From Actinomycetota bacterium (GTDB lineage Bacteria; Actinomycetota; JAUVYG01): 50,204 nucleotides of DNA. The notes below the pieces were generated by a model. The model did not search any database. It had not been told where the DNA came from and was given only the letters and a program-made list of their open reading frames with translations. The stretch is from NCBI GenBank assembly GCA_030603185.1, contig JAUVYG010000003.1, forward strand, positions 1 to 50,204, in the 5' to 3' direction. Positions within the stretch are counted from its first letter, which is position 1, and every line of letters begins with the position of its first letter. Below are positions 41,897-50,204 of this stretch, piece by piece. A program made the position numbers and the translations under genes.

Positions 41897-42274
41897 CTAT
41901 ATGTTCAAAGCTCCAGCGATGCTTCTAAATCCCCAGTCCAACAGCCCAATATAAAGACCCAGAACCACTATTGCAACAAGAACAGCCGAGGTAGAAGCGA
42001 GTAGCTGCTTGCGCCCAGGCCATGTAACCCGCTTCATCTCACCGCGTACGTCCCTAAGAAATGAAGGGATTCTCTTTATCCGCTCACCTATCCCGACGGA
42101 TTGGGAGGTTTTTGCCTTGTCCTTCTTGTTGTCCTTGCCCTTGGGCTTTACGTCGCTCGCCACTGAAAGCTTTGCGCCGCTGTCAGCTGCTGCCTTTGGG
42201 GTCGCTCCGGACTCACGCTTAGCCTTGGGCTTCGGCGCGGGCTTCTTTTTCTTTGTCTTCTTGTTTTTTGCCAT
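41897..42274 (-). CDS. secE: Preprotein translocase SecE with a Lys-rich N-terminal extension
   Basis: FLRDVRGEMKRVTWP followed by a single TM; upstream of nusG. Confidence 0.95.
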   Translation of the reverse strand: MAKNKKTKKKKPAPKPKAKRESGATPKAAADSGAKLSVASDVKPKGKDNKKDKAKTSQSVGIGERIKRIPSFLRDVRGEMKRVTWPGRKQLLASTSAVLVAIVVLGLYIGLLDWGFRSIAGALNI

Positions 42275-42352
42275 ATATTTCTCTCACGTAGCGACTACGC
42301 CCAACGGCTACAGCGGACGCCAAATTAACCTGTACTACTTTGTTGGACTCGG

Positions 42353-42426
42353 CAGGGCAGGAGGGATTCGAACCCCCAACATCCGGTTTTGGAGACCGGC
42401 GCTCTACCAGTTGGAGCTACTGCCCT
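42353..42426 (-). tRNA. tRNA-Trp(CCA)
   Basis: AGGGCAG...CTGCCCT-G; anticodon arm CCGGT-CTCCAAA-ACCGG; T-loop TTCGAAT. The 3' end reads CCG, so CCA is not encoded. Confidence 0.97.
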
Positions 42427-42443
42427 ATCTGGCGAACCCGTCA

Positions 42444-42472
42444 ACTTTAGCACATACCTACCCATGTCCCAA
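42444..42472 (-). promoter_or_regulatory. Putative sigmaA promoter of tRNA-Trp-secE-nusG
   Basis: TTGGGA-N17-TAAAGT with an extended TG. Confidence 0.6.
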
Positions 42473-42501
42473 CCATTTTCCTGGGGCCATAAAACCCCCC
42501 G

Positions 42502-43158
42502 TCAGTGGTCTCTTTTGACCCTGATCGTTTGAGCCAAATCTAAACCGATGGCTTGGAGCCGCCCCTCGATGTTGATGTGAATGGGGCCCTCGAAAGGAGA
42601 CCTCTCTTCAATCGAGGTTCTAGCGCCGGGTCTCAGCCCCAATGAATCCAGGTACTGAAGAAGTTTTGAATCATCCTCTGGGACGATAGCAACAGTGCAC
42701 TGCTCTCCGATCGCACAATCAGCCAATCGATCATTTGGCTCATCGGCAATAGAACCATCCGGCCCCGGAATCGGATAACCATGAGGGCAAGTATCAGGCT
42801 CTCCCAGCATCCGGGCTATTCCCGCTTCAACCTCTGGGGAAAGAATGTGTTCGAACCTACACGCCTCGTCATGGACCTTGTCCCACGAAAGTCCGACCAT
42901 ATCTGTGAGAAATCTCTCTGACAGGCGGTGTTTGCGCACCAAATGTAGGGCCTTGGCCCTGCCTTCCTGGGTGAGCCTGATGATCATGTCAGGATTCCGG
43001 GTGATCAAACCTTGGTCGACGAGCTTTTTCATCATCTCAGCCACCGAGGCTGGCGAAACGTCAAGCTGCTCGGCTAGTCGAACAGCTCGGAGTCCTGACG
43101 TCTCAGAACTCAGCTTATATATTGATTCCAGATATTCTTCCACAGTCGCTGAAGGCAA
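42502..43158 (-). CDS. DtxR/MntR/SirR-family metal-dependent regulator with a C-terminal FeoA domain
   Basis: EEYLESIY, HTH VSPASVAEM, RKHRLSERFL, HDEACRFEH, CPHGYPIP, and FeoA-like YLDSLGLRPG. Confidence 0.95.
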   Translation of the reverse strand: MPSATVEEYLESIYKLSSETSGLRAVRLAEQLDVSPASVAEMMKKLVDQGLITRNPDMIIRLTQEGRAKALHLVRKHRLSERFLTDMVGLSWDKVHDEACRFEHILSPEVEAGIARMLGEPDTCPHGYPIPGPDGSIADEPNDRLADCAIGEQCTVAIVPEDDSKLLQYLDSLGLRPGARTSIEERSPFEGPIHINIEGRLQAIGLDLAQTIRVKRDH

Positions 43159-43180
43159 GTTATTACCCCCTAATGGGATT

Positions 43181-43198
43181 TGTTAGGTCTGCTTAACA
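43181..43198. promoter_or_regulatory. Putative DtxR-family operator
   Basis: Inverted repeat TGTTAGG-TCTG-CTTAACA (one mismatch) just downstream of the -10. Confidence 0.6.
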
Positions 43199-43199
43199 C

Positions 43200-43228
43200 A
43201 TTTTATTAACACCCAGCTCATTGGTCAA
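43200..43228 (-). promoter_or_regulatory. sigmaA promoter of the DtxR-family gene
   Basis: TTGACC-N17-TAAAAT. Confidence 0.8.
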
Positions 43229-43274
43229 CGTCTGGGGGTTGACCGGGCGATGTCACCCCCAGACAGTCAACCGG

Positions 43275-43518
43275 TTATCCACACCTGTGGAAACGCCTGT
43301 GTATAACTACACACGGCCAGGTTAATGGCATAATATGCTCAGTAAGGCATTGGATGAGTTTTGGCCCAAGCACAGCTAGATATGGTTTGAAGCAAAACTC
43401 CCACATTGTCCACAGGAGCCTGTGGATAACTTTGGGATAGAACAGGTATTTCGGGGTTACGGGCCGCACTAGGACGGTGCTAGTATGAACTCTCGTTGTT
43501 CATGAAAAGTTATTCACA
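43275..43518. other. oriC part 1: DnaA-box cluster upstream of dnaA
   Basis: TTATCCACA 43275, TGTGGAAAC 43286, TGTGTATAA 43298, TTGTCCACA 43406, TGTGGATAA 43421, TTATTCACA 43510. Candidate dnaA extended -10 TGcTAGTAT at 43478. Confidence 0.9.
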
Positions 43519-43530
43519 AGGGGTCGGGTA

Positions 43531-44952
43531 TTGGAAAGACAGCTGCTTGAGACCGAGCTTGAATCGGTTTGGGAACAGAGCCTGGGTTTGGTCAAGAACC
43601 AGCTCAGCACTCAGACCTTCAAGACCTGGTTCGACCGTACAAGGCCGGTTTCGGTCAGTGGTGAGGTCGTGACCATCGCAACCCCCAACTTATTCACCAA
43701 GGAATGGCTTGAGGATAGATACATCCCGATCATCCAAAAGGCCATCTCGGAGATTACCGGGAGCACTGCGACAGTGCGCCTGGTTGTTGAGGCTACACCG
43801 GCTGCCGAGGCGGACCGACCGCTGCAGAATGAATCCCGACCGGAACCCGCTGAGAGAAACGAAGTCGATGATGAATACATTCGCGAACTTGCAGTTTCAT
43901 CAGTAAAAAATCTTAACCCCAAATACCACTTTGAGTCCTTCGTCATCGGGGCGAGTAATCGATTCGCGCACGCAGCTGCCCTGGCAGTGGCCGAGAAGCC
44001 GGCTCATGCTTACAATCCGCTCTTCATCTATGGAGGAGTCGGACTGGGCAAGACACACCTGTTGCATGCGATTGGTCACTATGTAAGCGAACACACGCCC
44101 CACTTGCAGGTGAAGTACGTTTCTTCTGAGAAGTTCACCAACGATTTTATCAATTCGATTCGAGATAAAGACAAGATTGCTGGTTTCCAGCGTAAGTACC
44201 GCAATGTTGACGTTCTATTGATCGACGATATTCAGTTCCTAGAGAATAAGGAGGCTACCCAGGAGGAGTTCTTCCATACTTTCAACACTCTTCATGGAGC
44301 CAACAAACAGATAGTGATCAGTTCAGATCGTCCACCCAAGGAGATCGCCACTCTTGAGGACAGGCTCAGGTCCAGGTTCGAGTGGGGTTTGATCACCGAC
44401 GTCCAACCTCCCGATCTTGAGACTCGCATAGCCATTCTTCGGAAAAAAGCGCAGTCAGAGCAATTATCTATTTCGAATGATGTACTAGAGTTCATAGCCT
44501 CGAATATCCAGTCGAATATCAGAGAGCTCGAGGGTGCGCTCATTCGAGTCTTGGCATTCTCTTCTCTGACAAACCAGCCTATAGACCTATCACTGGCCGA
44601 GGATGTTCTGAGAAGTCTCCTTCCAGATCAGGCAATGAGACCGATCGATATCGCCCTCATCCAACAAGAGGCGTGTCAGTTCTATGGGGTCAAACACCCA
44701 GACCTGCTTGGACCCAAGAGATCTCAGAATATTGTCTATCCACGTCAAATAGCCATGTATCTCACACGTGAGATGACGGATTGCTCATTGCCGGCCATTG
44801 GTCGTCAGTTCGGAAACCGCGATCACACGACGGTCATGCACGCCTGTAAAAGAATTGAGAAGCTCATCTCTGAACGAAGAGAGACCTACAACGAGATTCA
44901 GACCTTAACCGGGTCCATTAAGCGTATGGCGACCATGAGCCCAGGGGCTTGA
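43531..44952 (+). CDS. dnaA: Chromosomal replication initiator DnaA
   Basis: [43 protein letters not shown]. Confidence 0.99.
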   Translation: MERQLLETELESVWEQSLGLVKNQLSTQTFKTWFDRTRPVSVSGEVVTIATPNLFTKEWLEDRYIPIIQKAISEITGSTATVRLVVEATPAAEADRPLQNESRPEPAERNEVDDEYIRELAVSSVKNLNPKYHFESFVIGASNRFAHAAALAVAEKPAHAYNPLFIYGGVGLGKTHLLHAIGHYVSEHTPHLQVKYVSSEKFTNDFINSIRDKDKIAGFQRKYRNVDVLLIDDIQFLENKEATQEEFFHTFNTLHGANKQIVISSDRPPKEIATLEDRLRSRFEWGLITDVQPPDLETRIAILRKKAQSEQLSISNDVLEFIASNIQSNIRELEGALIRVLAFSSLTNQPIDLSLAEDVLRSLLPDQAMRPIDIALIQQEACQFYGVKHPDLLGPKRSQNIVYPRQIAMYLTREMTDCSLPAIGRQFGNRDHTTVMHACKRIEKLISERRETYNEIQTLTGSIKRMATMSPGA

Positions 44953-44980
44953 TATGCCCGATTATGACCTCTGTCTCTAC

Positions 44981-45180
44981 TGTGGATAATGTGTGGAGTA
45001 CTCGTGTATAAGTTGATAAGTTATCCAGAGCTTGGGACGGAATACGCATTAATGTGGATAAGCTGCGATTCTTACACACAAGATCAACGTTTGTATCCAC
45101 AACCTAATAAGGCTCACAACCTGCGTGAAGGTGCGTTATTCACATTATCAACACCCCCTATTATGACTACGTATTTTGTA
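44981..45180. other. oriC part 2: DnaA boxes plus unwinding element between dnaA and dnaN
   Basis: TGTGGATAA 44981 and 45053, CGTGTATAA 45003, TTATCCAGA 45021, TTACACACA 45072, GTATCCACA 45093. Tandem TTATTCACA-TTATCAACA at 45136-45153 is followed by CCCCC and trio-like TATTATGACTAC. Confidence 0.92.
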
Positions 45181-45197
45181 TAGAAAGGAAATGAATA

Positions 45198-46298
45198 ATG
45201 AATACGGTGTGTGGAAAGTCTGAGATCTCATTTGGGATCCAGACCGTATCAAGAGCGACTGCAACACGGATTGCCATCCCTGCATTGGGAGGAATTCTTC
45301 TAACGGCCGACAAAGATGATCAGACTCTCAGTTTTAGAGCGACAGATCTTGAGTTGACGATCAAATGTACGGTCAAGGCAACAGTAAATGAGTCTGGTTC
45401 AGTCGTACTACCAGGTAGATTTATGACTGAGATGGTAAGAAACCTTGATGATGCTACTGTCTCGCTTATTACCGATGGAACAAATGTCACCCTGAAGTCT
45501 GGATCCAGCAAATATCACCTAAGAACCCTCCCGGTTGAAGAGTTTCCTTTGTTCGAGAAATTAGAGGGAAGCAAGGTGACTATGGGACTCGAATCCCTTT
45601 TGAAGGGTGTGAAGAAGGTCGCCCGAGCGGCAGCTAAGGATGAATCACGACCCACCATATCGGGCGTTCTGGTTCAAATAGATGGAACGAAGACGGAACT
45701 CGCAGCCACCGATAGCTATCGATTAGCCCTGTTCTCCTCCGAAAATTCAGAGGGGACCTCAGAGGAGGAGTTCAAGTTCCTACTCCCTGTACGATCCCTG
45801 GATGAACTGGTTCGAGTCTTCGGGTCGGTAAGTGTAGAAGACTTCCAGGTTGTTGCCGGTGATGGAGAGGTAGCCTTCATCTCGGAAGATATTGAGATAA
45901 GAACTCGAACCATTGAGGGAAGTTTTCCACAGTATCAACAGCTTTTCCCCCAGGAGTTCGAGATAAAGGCCTCCACAAAGCGTGAGCAGTTACTTAAAGC
46001 AGTACAGAGAGCGGCTATCGTAGCTAGCTCATCACCACTGAGACTCAAATGGACCAATGGGTCAGTTGAAATAACTGCAGGAGCACAGGAAGTAGGAGAG
46101 GCTCAGGAATCACTGGAAGCCTCTTTTGATAAAGAGCCATTCGAAATAGCCTTTAACCCCCTCTTCCTAAAAGATGGACTCCAGTTAATAGAGGGAGATA
46201 CGGTCGAGTTCAATTTTGTATCGTCCGTGAAACCGGGGCTCCTGACCTCTCCTGATGACAAAGGTTATTCATATCTGATCATGCCTGTTCGCACATAA
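45198..46298 (+). CDS. dnaN: DNA polymerase III beta clamp
   Basis: ATDLEL, ATDSYRL, IEGSFP.Y, IAFNP.FL, YLIMPVR. Confidence 0.98.
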   Translation: MNTVCGKSEISFGIQTVSRATATRIAIPALGGILLTADKDDQTLSFRATDLELTIKCTVKATVNESGSVVLPGRFMTEMVRNLDDATVSLITDGTNVTLKSGSSKYHLRTLPVEEFPLFEKLEGSKVTMGLESLLKGVKKVARAAAKDESRPTISGVLVQIDGTKTELAATDSYRLALFSSENSEGTSEEEFKFLLPVRSLDELVRVFGSVSVEDFQVVAGDGEVAFISEDIEIRTRTIEGSFPQYQQLFPQEFEIKASTKREQLLKAVQRAAIVASSSPLRLKWTNGSVEITAGAQEVGEAQESLEASFDKEPFEIAFNPLFLKDGLQLIEGDTVEFNFVSSVKPGLLTSPDDKGYSYLIMPVRT

Positions 46299-46303
46299 AT
46301 GGC

Positions 46304-46756
46304 ATGGATGGCCTAGGAGATATATATAGGTCGTCCTACCATGGCAAGTTGTCCGAGATCGGCAATCTATCTATGCCGTGGGAAGATGTTGTGGGTCAGA
46401 ACATTGCGCGAAACTGTCATCCCAGAAGGATTCGCAATGGGATACTTTTTCTCAGTGCTTCAAATCCAGCTTGGGCTCAACAAATAGGTTTCTTTAAAGA
46501 AGACATCAAGCAGAAGGTCAACTCCTACTTAGCGAAGAATGTCGTCCGAGATATTCGCGTAGAAGCGACCGGGCACCAGATCTTCGAAAGGGAAGAGAAG
46601 GGTCCGGAAGCTCATCTAACAGCTGAGGATGAATCGTCGATCGAATCCATCTCATCTCAGGTTGAGGATGAAGAGCTGCGCAAAAGAATCGAAGGCCTAA
46701 TGTCTGCAGGTAAAAGGCTCAATATGGCCAGGCAAGACGAACACGAGAATCAGTAA
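46304..46756 (+). CDS. dciA: DUF721/DciA-family helicase-loading protein
   Basis: WEDVVG..IARNC.P..I.NG.L......PAWAQQI....I..KVN......V.DIR; located between dnaN and gyrB. Confidence 0.85.
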   Translation: MDGLGDIYRSSYHGKLSEIGNLSMPWEDVVGQNIARNCHPRRIRNGILFLSASNPAWAQQIGFFKEDIKQKVNSYLAKNVVRDIRVEATGHQIFEREEKGPEAHLTAEDESSIESISSQVEDEELRKRIEGLMSAGKRLNMARQDEHENQ

Positions 46757-46783
46757 ATCAATTCCCGAACCACCCCACTGTTC

Positions 46784-46792
46784 TGATATACT
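46784..46792 (+). promoter_or_regulatory. Extended -10 for gyrBA
   Basis: TGaTATACT about 65 nt upstream of gyrB. Confidence 0.55.
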
Positions 46793-46857
46793 GACTCGGG
46801 CTTGAAAACCCTCAGACAGTACCCACTTCTAGGCAGCTATGCCCACTGGGAGAGTGA

Positions 46858-48765
<1,908 letters not shown>

Positions 48766-48776
48766 GAGTATCTGAA

Positions 48777-50204
48777 TTGCTTGAAGGCCTAGCCGGAAAA
48801 ATTGAACCCATAGAGATAGAAGAGGAGCTGAGTCGCAGCTTCCTCGACTACTCGATGAGCGTCATAGTCTCTCGAGCGCTCCCCGATGTCAGGGATGGTC
48901 TAAAGCCAGTTCACAGACGCATTCTGTTCGGAATGCATGAGCTTGGACTACTGCCGAACAGGGCGTACAAGAAATCCGCGCGCACCGTCGGTGATGTCAT
49001 GGCCAAGTATCACCCTCATGGGGACTCTTCTATCTACGACACAATGGTCAGGATGGCCCAGGACTTTTCGCTCAGGTATCCGCTGGTAGACGGGCAGGGC
49101 AACTTTGGCTCGGTCGACGGTGACTCAGCTGCTGCCATGCGCTACACAGAGTCCCGGCTGGACAAATTGGCAATGGAGCTAGTCCGGGACATAGACAAGA
49201 ACACCGTTGATTTCATTCCTAACTACGATGGGGCCAACCAGGAGCCCAGCGTTCTCCCCTCTCGCTTTCCCCACCTACTAGCGAATGGTTCCGGTGGAAT
49301 AGCCGTTGGAATGGCGACCAACATACCTCCTCACAATCTTTGCGAGATCATAGATGGCGCAATTCATATCATCGATAACCCTGACTGCAGCACCGAGGAC
49401 CTTTTGGGCATCGTAAAAGCCCCAGACTTTCCTACTCGCGGAATCATCATGGGCACTCAGGGGATCAGGGACGCCTACCTGACCGGTCGTGGCTCAATTA
49501 AGATCCGTGGCCGCGCTGTATTCGAAGAGTCAAAGTCGGGAAAATTCCAAATCGTTATTACCGAGATTCCATACCAGGTAAACAAAGCGAGACTTCTTGA
49601 GAAGATTGTCGAGATGGTCAAGGAAAAGAAGATTCCTGAGATATCCAACATGGTTGATCTTACGTCTCGAAGTGGGATGAGAGTCGTTCTGGACCTAAAG
49701 AGGGATGTAGTTCCTCAGGTCGTGCTCAACAAACTGTATAAGCACACACCTCTTGAAACCACCTTTGGTGTGAACACTGTAGCGCTGGTCGACGGGGCTC
49801 CGAGGACGCTGTCTCTGCGCGAGATGCTGCACTATTACGTCCAGCACCAGCGCGAGATCGTTACCAGGCGCACCCAATTCGATCTTGATAAGGCGCAAGC
49901 ACGAGACCATATAGTCCTTGGTCTTCTAATCGCCCTCGACAATATTGACGAGGTGATTAAGGTGATCAGGGGATCTCAGACAGTCGACGAGGCCCATGAG
50001 GGTCTAATGACCAGGTTCAAGCTCTCTGATCTGCAAGCAAAGGCGATTCGCGAGATGCGCCTACAGAGCCTTGTGGGACTTGAGCGCGACAAGCTTGAGA
50101 ATGAGCACAAGGAACTCCTGGAGACCATCGGTTACCTCGAAGGACTGCTGGCAGATAGCATCAAGCTATTCAGCGTCATCAAAGAAGAACTACTTGAGAT
50201 CAAG
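48777..50204 (+). CDS. gyrA: DNA gyrase subunit A (runs off the window end; not in the ORF track)
   Basis: TTG 48777 follows SD AGGAG; [44 protein letters not shown]. Confidence 0.98.
   Translation, partial: MLEGLAGKIEPIEIEEELSRSFLDYSMSVIVSRALPDVRDGLKPVHRRILFGMHELGLLPNRAYKKSARTVGDVMAKYHPHGDSSIYDTMVRMAQDFSLRYPLVDGQGNFGSVDGDSAAAMRYTESRLDKLAMELVRDIDKNTVDFIPNYDGANQEPSVLPSRFPHLLANGSGGIAVGMATNIPPHNLCEIIDGAIHIIDNPDCSTEDLLGIVKAPDFPTRGIIMGTQGIRDAYLTGRGSIKIRGRAVFEESKSGKFQIVITEIPYQVNKARLLEKIVEMVKEKKIPEISNMVDLTSRSGMRVVLDLKRDVVPQVVLNKLYKHTPLETTFGVNTVALVDGAPRTLSLREMLHYYVQHQREIVTRRTQFDLDKAQARDHIVLGLLIALDNIDEVIKVIRGSQTVDEAHEGLMTRFKLSDLQAKAIREMRLQSLVGLERDKLENEHKELLETIGYLEGLLADSIKLFSVIKEELLEIK

Noticed and set aside
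43275-43469. 64-aa ORF upstream of dnaA (similarly 44918-45183 downstream) as rpmH or a novel peptide
   Set aside because: No similarity to L34; these are translations of DnaA-box arrays.
44956-44964. GCCCGATTA after dnaA as a sigma28 -10
   Set aside because: No matching -35 at the required distance.

Overview
Core-genome window spanning the replication origin of a bacterium, probably a deep-branching member of Actinomycetota. That placement is an inference from the actinobacterial-type coiled-coil insertion in RpoC, a CwlM-like gene, a TrkA pair and dnaN-dciA-gyrB synteny. The right end holds a bipartite oriC around dnaA, then dnaN, dciA (DUF721; no recF), gyrB and a partial gyrA. Left of oriC, the usual rpmH-rnpA-yidC block is absent. 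Instead there is a DtxR/MntR-family regulator followed by a ~31 kb minus-strand transcription/translation cluster: tRNA-Trp, secE, nusG, rplKA, rplJL, rpoBC, and the str, S10, spc and alpha genes. Further left are ecfA1-ecfA2-ecfT, a membrane protein, truA, a trkA-trkA-trkH-OB-fold operon, an orphan flgM, an HD-GYP gene, tRNA-Gly, a CwlM-like gene, an AmmeMemoRadiSam radical SAM gene, a Zn-ribbon gene and a DUF2752-like gene. Four observations stand out. (1) The ECF module's substitutions all fall in one ATPase site. (2) A 44-aa membrane microprotein gene sits antisense between rplA and rplJ. (3) Two matching sigma28-type promoters lie before flgM (leaderless) and before the Zn-ribbon/DUF2752 pair. 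(4) The translation cluster directly abuts oriC. I saw no mobile elements or CRISPR arrays. All family assignments come from motif recognition by eye, not from database searches.
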